A DNA stretch of 64,000 nt from an uncultured Alphaproteobacteria bacterium. Lineage in GTDB: Bacteria; Pseudomonadota; Alphaproteobacteria; Rhizobiales; Aestuariivirgaceae. The stretch is taken from assembly GCA_963770205.1 (NCBI GenBank), contig CAVYOS010000032.1, positions 23,432-87,431 of the forward strand, in the 5' to 3' direction. Of the stretch, positions 18,885-28,569 are shown piece by piece. Position 1 is the first letter of the stretch; the number at the start of each line of letters is the position of its first letter. The notes under the pieces are model-generated. The model was not told the DNA's origin and did no database searches. It saw only the letters and a program-made list of their open reading frames with translations. The translations under genes and the position numbers were made by a program.

Positions 18885-19697
18885 ATGGATGCCTCGAATT
18901 CAATCGTAGGAACCTCAGGCCCGCCCTCGATGGCAACGCGGGCGATCAAGGTGCGTGCCCGAAATGTCAATGTGTTCTACGGCGATAAGCAGGCCATCAC
19001 CGACTTGTCGATCGATATTCCCGATCGTGCGGTGTCTGCCTTCATCGGCCCCTCGGGCTGCGGCAAGTCCACCTTTCTTCGCACCATCAACCGCATGAAC
19101 GATACGATACCGGGTACTCGCATCGAGGGAACAGTCGAGATCGACGGCGAGAATATCTACGACCGCAATCTCGATCCCGTGCTCTTGCGCGCGCGTGTCG
19201 GCATGGTCTTTCAGAAGCCCAATCCTTTTCCCAAATCGATCTTCGAGAATGTCGCCTATGGACCGCGTATTCACGGCATTGCCGGGTCGCGCAGCGAGCT
19301 CAACGACGTCGTCGTTTCCAGTCTCAAGCGTGCCGGCCTGTTCGACGAGGTGAAGGACCGCCTCGCCGCGCCGGGCACCAGCCTTTCAGGCGGCCAGCAG
19401 CAGCGCCTGTGCATCGCCCGCGCCATTGCCGTCAACCCCGAGGTCATTCTGATGGACGAGCCTTGCTCCGCGCTCGACCCCATCGCCACCGCCCGCATCG
19501 AAGAGCTCATCGACGAGCTCAAGCAGAATTTCTGCATCGTCATCGTCACCCATTCGATGCAGCAGGCGGCTCGGGTTTCGCAGTTCACCGCTTTCTTTCA
19601 CCTCGGCCATCTGGTCGAGGTTGGTGCAACCGATGAAATATTCACCGCCCCGCAGGATAAACGCACCCAGGATTATATCACCGGGCGGTTCGGCTGA
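18885..19697 (+). CDS. pstB: Phosphate ABC transporter ATP-binding protein PstB
   Basis: [23 protein letters not shown] and [12 protein letters not shown] motifs. It lies in the same frame as ORF 17931..19697, but it is a separate gene starting at ATG 18885. Confidence 0.93.
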   Translation: MDASNSIVGTSGPPSMATRAIKVRARNVNVFYGDKQAITDLSIDIPDRAVSAFIGPSGCGKSTFLRTINRMNDTIPGTRIEGTVEIDGENIYDRNLDPVLLRARVGMVFQKPNPFPKSIFENVAYGPRIHGIAGSRSELNDVVVSSLKRAGLFDEVKDRLAAPGTSLSGGQQQRLCIARAIAVNPEVILMDEPCSALDPIATARIEELIDELKQNFCIVIVTHSMQQAARVSQFTAFFHLGHLVEVGATDEIFTAPQDKRTQDYITGRFG

Positions 19698-19726
19698 TGG
19701 TGTCGGGCGAGAGCGAGGAACGGGCA

Positions 19727-20440
19727 ATGAACGAGCATACATACAAAAAATTCGATGAAGAGCTGGCCGCCCTCAAGACCAGGCTTGCGCACATGGGCGG
19801 CCTCGCCGAGGAGCAGCTTGCCCGCGCCGTCGAAGCATTGGTGAAACACGACCTGGAAGCTGCCGACGATATCATCCAGACCGACGACAAGATCGACGCG
19901 CTTGAGCTCGAGATTGAGGAAAGCGCCATACTGACCATCGCCAAGCGCCAGCCCATGGCGCTCGACCTGCGCGAGATCATGGTTTCGATAAGGATCGCTT
20001 CCGATTTGGAACGCATCGGCGATCTCGCCAAGAACATCGCCAAGCGGACCCACGCGATTCCCGAAGACTATCCGCCCCGCATCATGAACGGTCTTGATCG
20101 CATGGGCCGTCTGGCGCTCGGCCAGCTCAAGGATGTCCTCGATGCTTTTGCCCAAAAGAACGAGGCCAAGGCGCTGGATGTGTGGCGCGGCGACGAAGAG
20201 ATCGATGCCCTCTACAATTCCATCTTCCGTGAGCTGCTTACCTACATGATGGAGGATCCCCGCACCATCGGTCTCTGCACCCATCTTCTCTTCGGCGCGA
20301 AAAATATTGAGCGGATCGGCGATCATGCGACCAACATCGCCGAGAACATCTACTACCTCGTCCATGGCAAGGCGCTGAAGGACGAACGTCCCAAGAAGGA
20401 CAAGACCAGCACAACCCCTTTCACCGATCTCGGGACTTAA
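19727..20440 (+). CDS. phoU: Phosphate signalling complex protein PhoU
   Basis: [17 protein letters not shown]... with two PhoU repeats ([11 protein letters not shown] and [12 protein letters not shown]). ATG 19727 follows a GAGGAA Shine-Dalgarno. Confidence 0.92.
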   Translation: MNEHTYKKFDEELAALKTRLAHMGGLAEEQLARAVEALVKHDLEAADDIIQTDDKIDALELEIEESAILTIAKRQPMALDLREIMVSIRIASDLERIGDLAKNIAKRTHAIPEDYPPRIMNGLDRMGRLALGQLKDVLDAFAQKNEAKALDVWRGDEEIDALYNSIFRELLTYMMEDPRTIGLCTHLLFGAKNIERIGDHATNIAENIYYLVHGKALKDERPKKDKTSTTPFTDLGT

Positions 20441-20449
20441 GTCGCCATC

Positions 20450-21148
20450 ATGTCTGCATCGATCCTGATCGTCGAGGACGAAGAGCCGATCAAGGTCCTG
20501 CTCACCTATAATTTCGAGGCGGAAGGCTATCGTGTGCGCGCCACCTCCTTGGGCGAGGAGGTCGGCCCGATGATTGCTGATGAGCGGCCCAATCTCATTA
20601 TTCTCGATTGGATGCTGCCGGGCATTTCTGGGATAGAGGTGTGCCGCCTGCTGCGTGCTAAACCTGAGACCCGCGACATTCCGATCCTCATGCTTACCGC
20701 GCGCGGCGAGGAGGCCGAGCGGGTGCGCGGCCTGGCAACCGGGGCTGATGATTATGTGGTGAAGCCCTTTTCGGTTCCGGAATTATTGGCCCGCACCAAA
20801 AGCATTCTGCGCCGCGTCGATCCTGATGCCGTGGCCGAGGTCCTGGCCGCTGGCGATCTGACGCTCGACCGAAAGATGCGGCGCGTCACCCGCGGCGGGC
20901 GCGACATCGATCTGTCGCCGACCGAATTCCGCCTCTTGGAGCATCTTTTGCAGTCTCCCGGCCGGGTCTATAGCCGCGCGCAGCTCCTCGATGCCGTCTG
21001 GGGCCGTGAGATCTACGTCGATGAGCGTACCGTCGATGTCCATGTCGGCCGGCTTCGCAAGGCAATCACCCGTGGTCGGGAAAGCGATCCGATACGCACC
21101 GTCCGCGGTCTTGGCTATTCTTTTGATGAGCGCTTTTCAGCGCCCTGA
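20450..21148 (+). CDS. phoB: Phosphate regulon response regulator PhoB (OmpR family)
   Basis: Receiver domain (ILIVEDEEPI, LIILDWMLPG) plus winged helix (TVDVHVGRLRK, RTVRGLGY). It is the terminal gene of the pst-pho cluster. Confidence 0.93.
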   Translation: MSASILIVEDEEPIKVLLTYNFEAEGYRVRATSLGEEVGPMIADERPNLIILDWMLPGISGIEVCRLLRAKPETRDIPILMLTARGEEAERVRGLATGADDYVVKPFSVPELLARTKSILRRVDPDAVAEVLAAGDLTLDRKMRRVTRGGRDIDLSPTEFRLLEHLLQSPGRVYSRAQLLDAVWGREIYVDERTVDVHVGRLRKAITRGRESDPIRTVRGLGYSFDERFSAP

Positions 21149-21276
21149 GCCTGCTTGGGCGAAAGTGCCGGGGAGCGGCCAAACACGCCAGTGAGAGGGG
21201 CGGATCGTTGACGCGCTCTGCCACTCCCCGGTTCGAACCCCAATGCCGGACGGCCGTTGGGGGAAATTGCTATCTG

Positions 21277-21477
21277 TCAGACATCCTGGCAAAGCGACCG
21301 GCTGCAAAGCGCGGCCGTCATTCCAGCCGACAGCCAGAACTGATTTTTTTCAACGACGGTGATATTGGCCGGATAGGTCGGCGCGATCTGCGCATGCGGC
21401 CCATAGGCGCCGGCGGCGAGCAGCGCCAGGGTAAGAGCGGCTATGGCGAGCGATTTCGGCATTCCTGTCCAGCCCAT
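21277..21477 (-). CDS. Possible small exported protein (hypothetical)
   Basis: The 66-aa ORF has a signal-peptide-like MPKSLAIAALTLALLAAGAYG. No convincing Shine-Dalgarno and no recognisable family. Confidence 0.25.
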   Translation of the reverse strand: MGWTGMPKSLAIAALTLALLAAGAYGPHAQIAPTYPANITVVEKNQFWLSAGMTAALCSRSLCQDV

Positions 21478-21578
21478 CCGGTCAATCCCGGTGTTGCCGG
21501 ACCTTGCCTCACACTCGCCTAACCCATCCTGAACACACTGTTCATCTGCCGTTTAACTTTGCGGCTTTTCTGTGAAAT

Positions 21579-21610
21579 GAAAAAGGGCCGCAGACGAGCG
21601 GCCCCTTTCT
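21579..21610 (-). terminator. Rho-independent terminator downstream of gcrA
   Basis: On the minus strand, GGGCCGC-tcgtct-GCGGCCC is followed by TTTTTC. It lies about 20 nt after the gcrA stop codon. Confidence 0.75.
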
Positions 21611-21626
21611 CGCGTGAATGCCGAAA

Positions 21627-22184
21627 TCAGCTGGCAACTCGGTGACGCCGGCGATCCTGCAGCGGCTGGTAGGCGATGCGGGCATGGTAATCGCAATAAG
21701 GCCCCCCGCTCGCCTTGGGCGCATGGCCGCAGAAGCAGAAATCTTCAGCGCTGGGATCGCCCACCGGCCATTTGCAGGTGCGGTCCGACAGCATGAGTAT
21801 GTTGACCCGCTCGCCTTGAGGAATGTCGACGAGGCGAATGGGTTCGGGCTCCGGCTGCGGCCGGACCACGGGCTGCGGACGGTGCATCGGCTTGAGCGCT
21901 GTGGCGCCGTCGATCTGGAGAAGCGGACGTCCAGGATGAGATGGTTCCCGCGTTCTGCGCGGTCGCGGGCAAGCGGCCCTCTGTGGTGTAACCCGGCCGG
22001 AAAGACCAAGCCGGTGAACCTTTCCGATGACCGCATTGCGGGTCACGCCATAGCCGAGCCTCCCGGCGATCTGGCTCGCGCTCAATCCTTCATTCCAATA
22101 TTTTTTGAGCAGTTCGACCCGATCTTCCGTCCAGGATGGTTTGTCGTTGATCGTGGGGTGAGTTGCGTCCTGAAGTGTTATCAC
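21627..22184 (-). CDS. gcrA: Cell-cycle transcriptional regulator GcrA
   Basis: SWTEDRVELLKKYWNEGLSASQIAGRLG..TRNAVIGKVHRLGL at the N-terminus and CKWPVGDP....FCFCG....GPYCDYHARIAY at the C-terminus. GTG start at 22184 has an AGAGGGA Shine-Dalgarno 7 nt upstream. Confidence 0.9.
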   Translation of the reverse strand: MITLQDATHPTINDKPSWTEDRVELLKKYWNEGLSASQIAGRLGYGVTRNAVIGKVHRLGLSGRVTPQRAACPRPRRTREPSHPGRPLLQIDGATALKPMHRPQPVVRPQPEPEPIRLVDIPQGERVNILMLSDRTCKWPVGDPSAEDFCFCGHAPKASGGPYCDYHARIAYQPLQDRRRHRVAS

Positions 22185-22437
22185 TCTGAATCCCTCTTGC
22201 TTCGGCGGACAGGCCGTCCGCGCGCCTCTAAGCAACGACTGACTGGTAAGCGCTATATCTTGTGTATAGCCGCACTAAAAATTACTATAGGCCTCGAGTC
22301 AGCGGCAAGTTTCAGAGAGCCTTTTCCCCAGCTCATTCCCCCCGCGCTGATTAACGAAGGTTAACAAATTTGCAAATCGACAGGCATGCGACCTTCTGAC
22401 TCAGTTGCACTGAAACCACACCCGCAAAGACCTTTCG

Positions 22438-22510
22438 TTGACCGTGTGCACCAACAGTTTATATAGCGCGCTCCATATGCGCCGCACTCAAGCGGCGCAT
22501 TTGATTTTTG
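22438..22510 (+). promoter_or_regulatory. Sigma70-like promoter followed by a terminator-like leader hairpin upstream of argD
   Basis: TTGACC (22438-22443), a 16-nt spacer, then TATATA (22460-22465). Next comes GCGCCGC-actcaa-GCGGCGC (22479-22498) followed by ATTTGATTTTTG, ending 12 nt before the argD ATG. Confidence 0.45.
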
Positions 22511-22521
22511 CTGGTGAACAA

Positions 22522-23718
22522 ATGATCACGCCTGTTTTGCCGACTTATAACCGCGCCGATCTTGCTTTTGAGCGCGGCGAGGGTGCTTGGCTGCACGCGA
22601 CGGACGGCACCCGCTATCTCGATTTTGGAGCCGGGATCGCGGTGAACAGCCTTGGCCACGCGCATCCCCATCTCGTGGAGGCCCTTACCGACCAGGCGCG
22701 CAAGCTTTGGCACACGTCGAACCTCTATCGTATTCCGGCTCAGGAGCGTCTCGCCCGCCGTCTCGTCGAGGCGACTTTCGCAGACACGGTATTCTTCACC
22801 AACTCGGGCGCCGAGGCGCTTGAATGTTCGATCAAGATGGCGCGCCGCCATCACTGGGCGAACGGTTCTCCCGAACGTTTTCGCATCATCACCTTCGAGG
22901 GAGCATTTCACGGCCGTACGCTGGCGACCATCGCGGCCGGCGGTCAGCCGAAATATCTCGAAGGCTTTGGTCCCCCGATGGAAGGCTTCGATCAGGTGCC
23001 ATTCGATGATGACGCAGCGCTCGCGGCCGCAATCACCGACGCAACCGCAGCAATTCTGATCGAGCCGATACAGGGCGAGGGCGGCATCAGGCCCGTTCCG
23101 CCCGAGCGCCTTCGAGCGCTGCGCGATCTTTGCGACCGGCTTGGTTTGCTTCTGATATTCGATGAGGTGCAATGCGGCATCGGCCGAACCGGCAGGCTGT
23201 TCGTCCATGAATGGGCCGGCATGACGCCCGACATCATGGCCATTGCCAAAGGCATCGGCGGCGGCTTTCCGCTGGGCGCCTGCCTCGCGACCGAGAGGGC
23301 CGCTGCCGCCATGACGGTCGGCACCCACGGTTCGACTTTCGGCGGCAACCCTCTCGCCATGGCTGTCGGCAATGCCGTTCTCGACATCGTGCTTGCCGAT
23401 GGTTTTCTCGACAAGGTTCGCTCGGCGGGCCTGATCTTCGCCCAGAAGCTCGCCCGTCTCAAGGACGAGCACCCCGCGATCATAGCCGAAATCCGCGGCC
23501 GCGGCCTGATGTACGGGTTGCGAACCGTCGTGAAAAATACCGAATTCATTGCTGCCGTTCAGCGTCAGAAGCTTCTGACGATTGCCGCAGGCGAAAATAC
23601 CGTCCGGCTTTTGCCGCCGCTGATCGTCACCCCTGCCGAGATAGAAGAGGCGAGCGAACGCCTTCACCGTGCCTGTCTCGAGTTGGAGAAGGCTGCGCCG
23701 GCTGGTGCATTGGCATAG
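22522..23718 (+). CDS. argD: Acetylornithine/succinyldiaminopimelate aminotransferase (class III PLP)
   Basis: [32 protein letters not shown] and STFGGNPLA motifs. It is followed by argF. Confidence 0.92.
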   Translation: MITPVLPTYNRADLAFERGEGAWLHATDGTRYLDFGAGIAVNSLGHAHPHLVEALTDQARKLWHTSNLYRIPAQERLARRLVEATFADTVFFTNSGAEALECSIKMARRHHWANGSPERFRIITFEGAFHGRTLATIAAGGQPKYLEGFGPPMEGFDQVPFDDDAALAAAITDATAAILIEPIQGEGGIRPVPPERLRALRDLCDRLGLLLIFDEVQCGIGRTGRLFVHEWAGMTPDIMAIAKGIGGGFPLGACLATERAAAAMTVGTHGSTFGGNPLAMAVGNAVLDIVLADGFLDKVRSAGLIFAQKLARLKDEHPAIIAEIRGRGLMYGLRTVVKNTEFIAAVQRQKLLTIAAGENTVRLLPPLIVTPAEIEEASERLHRACLELEKAAPAGALA

Positions 23719-23727
23719 ACTATCGCC

Positions 23728-24663
23728 ATGTCCCAGCCGCGGCATTTCATCGACCTTGGCGATTTCGATAGCGCCGTCCTCGAATCCATTCTCTCGAACG
23801 GCCGGCAAATGAAGGACGGCCGTCGCGGCCGGCCGCAGGGCGCCCCTGAAGCCGGCGAACCCCTCAAGGGCAAGCTGCTGGCGATGATCTTCGAACGCCC
23901 CTCCACGCGCACAAGGGTGTCCTTCGATGTCGCCATGCGGCAGATGGGCGGCGCAACCATCATACTTTCAGCCGGTGACATGCAGCTCGGCCGCGGTGAG
24001 ACTGTTGCCGACACCGCGCGCGTTCTCTCCCGTTATGTCGATGCCATCATGATCCGCGCAACGAGCCACGAAGTGATACTGGAGCTCGCCCGTCATGCGA
24101 CCGTGCCGGTGATCAATGGCCTCACCGACCAGTCGCACCCCTGTCAAATCATGGCGGATCTTCTGACCCTCGAAGAGAAGAAGGGTGATTTGCGCGCCCT
24201 CACCGTCGCCTGGTGCGGCGACAGTTGCAATGTCACGAATTCATGGATCCATGCTGCTGGAAAATTCGGCTTCGCATTGCGCATAGCCAGTCCGGAATTG
24301 CTGCAACCGAGCGCGGCACTTGGTCGTTGGGCTCATGCCAACAAGGCTGATTTGATGATAACGACCGACCCTGCCGCGGCAGTAAAAAACGCCGACTGTG
24401 TAATCGCCGATACGTGGGTGTCGATGAATGTCACCAATTCCGCCAACCGTCACAACTTGCTGAAGCCTTACCAGGTTCACGCCGGCCTGATGAAGCTGGC
24501 GAAACCCGACGCCATATTCATGCATTGCTTGCCTGCCCATCGCGGCGAGGAAGTGACTGCCGAGGTGATCGACGGTCCTCAGTCCGTGGTTTTCGATGAA
24601 GCCGAAAATCGATTGCATGTCCAAAAAAGTATTCTTGCCTATTGCTTGGATGGTGGACATTGA
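23728..24663 (+). CDS. argF: Ornithine carbamoyltransferase
   Basis: STRTRVSF carbamoyl-phosphate motif, HPCQ and [10 protein letters not shown] motifs; 311 aa. Confidence 0.93.
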   Translation: MSQPRHFIDLGDFDSAVLESILSNGRQMKDGRRGRPQGAPEAGEPLKGKLLAMIFERPSTRTRVSFDVAMRQMGGATIILSAGDMQLGRGETVADTARVLSRYVDAIMIRATSHEVILELARHATVPVINGLTDQSHPCQIMADLLTLEEKKGDLRALTVAWCGDSCNVTNSWIHAAGKFGFALRIASPELLQPSAALGRWAHANKADLMITTDPAAAVKNADCVIADTWVSMNVTNSANRHNLLKPYQVHAGLMKLAKPDAIFMHCLPAHRGEEVTAEVIDGPQSVVFDEAENRLHVQKSILAYCLDGGH

Positions 24664-24668
24664 ACCCG

Positions 24669-25619
24669 ATGATCGAAGCACCGGACGATCTTGTCCAGGC
24701 TTTCGAGGTAAGGCCGCTGGGCGTCCGCGGCAGAGTTGTTCGCCTCGGCGCGACGGTCGACGATATCCTTCACCGCCACGACTACCCCGCCGCGGTGTCC
24801 ACGCTGCTTGGCGAGGCGATAGCGCTCACCGCCATGCTGGGCTCGGCCCTTAAATTCGAAGGCAAGTTCATTCTGCAGGCAAAGGGCGACGGGCCCGTAG
24901 ATATGCTCGTGAGCGACTATTCGACACCGGGAAGCATGCGCGGCTACGCTCGTTTCGATGCCGCCGTGAATAACCTCGGCCCCGGCGAAATGTCGGCGGG
25001 CAGCCTGCTCGGCACTGGCCATCTGGCCATGACCATCGATCAAGGCGCCGATATGGAGCGCTATCAGGGGATTGTTCCCTTGCATGGCGGTTCACTCGGC
25101 GATGCGGCTCACGAATATTTTCTCCGTTCAGAGCAGATACCGACCCGCCTTATGCTTGCTGCCGGCCCTCTGCTAGGCCGGGGCAAGGAAGCGCGTGAGG
25201 TCTGGCGCGCCGGCGGCATTCTCGTGCAGCACTTGCCGTCCAGCGGACCGCCAAGCCCGTTAAGTCTCTCATCGGGCGATGCGCCCCAAGGCATGATCGA
25301 GACCCATCCTGAAGACGACCGCTGGGTCGAAGCCCGCCTTCTGGTCGACACGGTGGAAGATCACGAGCTTCTGGATCCGACCATCACCCCCGAACGGCTT
25401 CTCTACCGCCTCTTTCATCAGCGCGGCGTGCGGGTGTTTCCCGCTCAGCCCGTGAGCAGCCGTTGCACCTGTTCGCGCGAGCGCATCGCCGCCGTCTTGC
25501 GCGGCTTCTCAGCCGCTGAGCGCGAGGAGATGCGCGAAGGCGATCTCATTAAAGTGACCTGCGAATTCTGCTCGACCTCTTACAGCTTTAAACCGGACGA
25601 CATCGAAGCCACGGGCTAG
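24669..25619 (+). CDS. hslO: Redox-regulated chaperone Hsp33
   Basis: C-terminal zinc centre CTCSRER...CEFCSTSY. The argD-argF-hslO order is conserved in Rhizobiales. Confidence 0.9.
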   Translation: MIEAPDDLVQAFEVRPLGVRGRVVRLGATVDDILHRHDYPAAVSTLLGEAIALTAMLGSALKFEGKFILQAKGDGPVDMLVSDYSTPGSMRGYARFDAAVNNLGPGEMSAGSLLGTGHLAMTIDQGADMERYQGIVPLHGGSLGDAAHEYFLRSEQIPTRLMLAAGPLLGRGKEAREVWRAGGILVQHLPSSGPPSPLSLSSGDAPQGMIETHPEDDRWVEARLLVDTVEDHELLDPTITPERLLYRLFHQRGVRVFPAQPVSSRCTCSRERIAAVLRGFSAAEREEMREGDLIKVTCEFCSTSYSFKPDDIEATG

Positions 25620-25629
25620 GCGGGGCGGC

Positions 25630-26805
25630 CTACCCTCTGGCGCAATACTGCGCGAGCCGGCGCATGAACTCTTCGCACCGTTCGAGCTCGCTTCGAGCGA
25701 TGAACTCGTCGGGCTTGTGGGCCTGGTCGATGGAACCTGGTCCGCAGATGATCGCCGCCATTCCGGCTTCCTGAAAAAGCCCCGCCTCGGTAGCATAGGA
25801 AACTGCCCGTGTGTCGTTTCCTCCCGTCAGCTGCAGCGCCAGACTGAGCGCCGGCGAGGCGGCATCGGGCTTGAGTCCCGGCACGCTGTTGAAAATGCGC
25901 GTGAGGATGTTTCCTTCCTCTGCAACGGCTTTCATCGCCGGCAACAGCCCTTCGGCAAACTTCCGCAAGCTCTCGGGCACCTCGCCGGGGTCGTCTCCCG
26001 GCAGGAGGCGCGTCTCCCAAACGAAGCTGCACCGCCGCGGCACGATGTTTTTCGCCGTGCCGCCTGTGATGGTTCCAATGCTCACCGTGGTATAGGGCGG
26101 CTCGAACCCGAGGCCGGGGTCGGCGCGAGCGATCAGGTCCTTCTGGATGCGATTGAGCTCCTGAATTAATTCGCCCGCCACCATGATTGCATTCACGCCC
26201 TGATGCGCTGAACTCGAATGGGCTTCACGGCCGGTGACTTCCGTTTCGAATGAAAGCGCGGTCTTATGCATGTTGACCACCTGCATCATCGTCGGCTCGC
26301 CCACGATGACCGCGGCGGGTTTCGGCAGATGCGCTGCGATATGCTGGATGAGCGGCCTTACGCCTCGGCACCCGACCTCTTCATCGCAGGAAAAGGCCAG
26401 ATGGATGGGCCGCTTGAGGGTCGCCGTCTTGAACATGGGAACCGCTGCCAGCACGACGGCGAGAAATCCTTTCATGTCGGCGGTGCCGCGCCCGTAGAAC
26501 GATCCGTTGCGTTCTGTCAGCCTGAAGGGATCGCTGCTCCAGTCCTGTCCGTCCACCGGCACCACATCTGTATGTCCTGAGAGCACGATGCCGCCCGGCC
26601 CCTCGGGGCCGATCGTTGCGTAGAGATTGGTTTTGGATCCGGCTCGGTAATCGACGCGGATGCTCGTCACGCCGTGGCCGTCGAGATAATCTTCGATGAA
26701 GCCTATGATGTCGAGATTGCTGTTGCGGCTCGTCGTGTCGAAGCTCACCAGCCGCCTGATGAGGTCGCTCGTCGATAGGTCGGGGGATGTCATGGGCAAG
26801 GACAT
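25630..26805 (-). CDS. argE: Acetylornithine deacetylase (M20 family, ArgE-type)
   Basis: LSGHTDVVPV, GRGTADMKGF and DEEVGC metal-ligand motifs; 391 aa. Confidence 0.8.
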   Translation of the reverse strand: MSLPMTSPDLSTSDLIRRLVSFDTTSRNSNLDIIGFIEDYLDGHGVTSIRVDYRAGSKTNLYATIGPEGPGGIVLSGHTDVVPVDGQDWSSDPFRLTERNGSFYGRGTADMKGFLAVVLAAVPMFKTATLKRPIHLAFSCDEEVGCRGVRPLIQHIAAHLPKPAAVIVGEPTMMQVVNMHKTALSFETEVTGREAHSSSAHQGVNAIMVAGELIQELNRIQKDLIARADPGLGFEPPYTTVSIGTITGGTAKNIVPRRCSFVWETRLLPGDDPGEVPESLRKFAEGLLPAMKAVAEEGNILTRIFNSVPGLKPDAASPALSLALQLTGGNDTRAVSYATEAGLFQEAGMAAIICGPGSIDQAHKPDEFIARSELERCEEFMRRLAQYCARG

Positions 26806-26820
26806 AGCAGCACCATTGCC

Positions 26821-27213
26821 TCAGTGCACCTGCTTCGCCGCATAGGGGCTGTCGAGCGAGAACAGCGGAATATGGACGTTGATCGGCTGGCCCCGCTCGG
26901 TTTCCATCTGGTAGGAGCCCGCCATGAAGCCGGACGGCGTCGGCAGCGGCGCGCCCGACGTATATTCGAAGCTTTCCCCGGGCTTCAGCGTCGGCTGCTC
27001 GCCCACCACGCCTTCTCCGCGCACTTCCTGCACCTTGCCCTTGGCATCCGTGATCTGCCAGTGGCGCGTCTTGAGGGTTACCGTTTCGTTGGAATGATTC
27101 TCGATGGTGATGGTATAGGCCCACACGAAATAACCTTGATCGGGCTGCGACTGGTCTTCCAAGAAGCTCGGCTTGACGACGATCCGGATATCATGAGTGG
27201 TTCGTTCATACAT
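26821..27213 (-). CDS. apaG: ApaG (DUF525) protein
   Basis: I(R)IVVKPSFLEDQS.P....FVWAYTITIEN and RHWQITDA.G..QEV.GEGVVGEQP are hallmark ApaG sequence; 130 aa. Confidence 0.92.
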   Translation of the reverse strand: MYERTTHDIRIVVKPSFLEDQSQPDQGYFVWAYTITIENHSNETVTLKTRHWQITDAKGKVQEVRGEGVVGEQPTLKPGESFEYTSGAPLPTPSGFMAGSYQMETERGQPINVHIPLFSLDSPYAAKQVH

Positions 27214-27302
27214 ATGTCGACTTTATACGATTGCCGCTGCTTTTCCACACCCCTTGCGCCCAGTGGCCGATCCGCCGAAGCTGGCGCGCACAAGAAGGAA
27301 AC

Positions 27303-28433
27303 ATGATGCCGAGTTCAGAAGCCGGGCAGCCCGGCACGCCCTGCGGAATCCTTCCCGCCCACGCGATCGAGCGCCTCATTGCCGAAGGCGCGATCAAGCC
27401 CGAGCGCCCCCTTGATGAGGACCAAATTCAGCCGGCAAGCCTCGATCTGCGTTTGGGCACCCGCGCCTATCGTGTCCGCGCCTCTTTCCTGCCGGGCCCG
27501 ATCAGCACCTTGGCCGAGCGGCTGCGCGAAATGAGCCTTCATGAGATCGACCTCGAAGGCGGCGCCGTTCTGGAGACGGGCTGTGTCTATGTCGTGCGCC
27601 TGCTGGAATCGCTGAAGCTTCCTCTCGGCATATCCGCGGCTGCGAACCCGAAGAGTTCGACGGGGCGGCTTGATATTTTCACCCGCGTGATTGCCGACCG
27701 CGCGCGCGAGTTCGATACTCTTGCCGAGGCTTACGAAGGCGCCCTTTATGCTGAGATCAGTCCCAGGACCTTCTCGACGCTTGTCCGCACGGGCTCGCGG
27801 CTAAGCCAAATCCGTTTTCGCCAGGGCCCGGTGCCGCGTTCCGACGACACCATAGCGAGGCTGCATGCGCATGAAGCGCTCAGTTCCTCCCCTAGGCCCG
27901 ATATCGCCAATGGTCTTGCTCTTTCGGTCGATCTTGAGGGCGGTTCCGCGGGCGAGCCGATCGGCTATCGGGCCAAGCGTCATGCCGGCCTCATCGATAT
28001 CGACCGCAAGGGTTCGCTCAACGTGCTCGATTATTGGGAGCCGATCTTCGAGCGCGGCAGTTTGATCCTCGATCCCAGCCAGTTTTACATATTGGCCTCG
28101 CGTGAGGCCGTGCGCGTGCCCCCCGATCATGCAGCCGAAATGGTGCCGTTCAACCCATTGGTCGGCGAGTTTCGCGTGCATTACGCTGGTTTCTTCGATC
28201 CGGGTTTCGGTCACCATTCCGGTGGCGGTGAAGGTGCCCGCGCCGTGCTTGAGGTCCGTTCTCATGAAGTGCCATTTGTTCTCGAACACGGTCAGATGAT
28301 CGGTCGGCTCATCTATGAGCCCCTGACCGAGCCCCCGCAGCAGGTCTATGGCCAGGGCATCGGTTCGAACTATCAGCGCCAAGGACTGAAGCTGTCGAAA
28401 CATTTCAAGCCCTACCAACCGCTCTCCCGCTGA
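27303..28433 (+). CDS. 2'-deoxycytidine 5'-triphosphate deaminase (long alphaproteobacterial form)
   Basis: GILPAHAIERLIAEGAIK....L.EDQIQPASLDLRLG at the N-terminus and KSSTGRLDIFTR. ATG 27303 was chosen over ORF start 27231. Confidence 0.8.
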   Translation: MMPSSEAGQPGTPCGILPAHAIERLIAEGAIKPERPLDEDQIQPASLDLRLGTRAYRVRASFLPGPISTLAERLREMSLHEIDLEGGAVLETGCVYVVRLLESLKLPLGISAAANPKSSTGRLDIFTRVIADRAREFDTLAEAYEGALYAEISPRTFSTLVRTGSRLSQIRFRQGPVPRSDDTIARLHAHEALSSSPRPDIANGLALSVDLEGGSAGEPIGYRAKRHAGLIDIDRKGSLNVLDYWEPIFERGSLILDPSQFYILASREAVRVPPDHAAEMVPFNPLVGEFRVHYAGFFDPGFGHHSGGGEGARAVLEVRSHEVPFVLEHGQMIGRLIYEPLTEPPQQVYGQGIGSNYQRQGLKLSKHFKPYQPLSR

Positions 28434-28478
28434 GGGCTTGACAAACCGCGCCGAAAATCAATTCTGTCGTCTCGGCGC

Positions 28479-28553
28479 GCGGGCGTAGTTCAGTGGTAGA
28501 ACGCAAGCTTCCCAAGCTTGATGTCGTGGGTTCGATCCCCATCGCCCGCTCCA
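28479..28553 (+). tRNA. tRNA-Gly (anticodon CCC)
   Basis: GCGGGCGTAGTTCAGTGGTAGAACGCAAGCTTCCCAAGCTTGATGTCGTGGGTTCGATCCCCATCGCCCGCTCCA folds as a cloverleaf. Acceptor stem is GCGGGCG/CGCCCGC, anticodon loop is TTCCCAA, T-loop is TTCGATC, and the CCA end is encoded. Confidence 0.95.
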
Positions 28554-28569
28554 CCGCTCAATCGCGCTG

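Noticed and set aside
17931-19697. The 588-aa ORF as a single protein
   Set aside because: It is a composite: the middle section of pstA, then about 190 codons of out-of-frame pstA sequence (Arg/His/Cys-rich), then the genuine pstB, which has its own ATG at 18885.
22351-22365. TTAACGAAGGTTAAC upstream of gcrA as a CtrA box
   Set aside because: The spacer is 6 nt rather than the canonical 7 (TTAA-N7-TTAAC), so it does not fit the consensus. It is at most a degenerate site.
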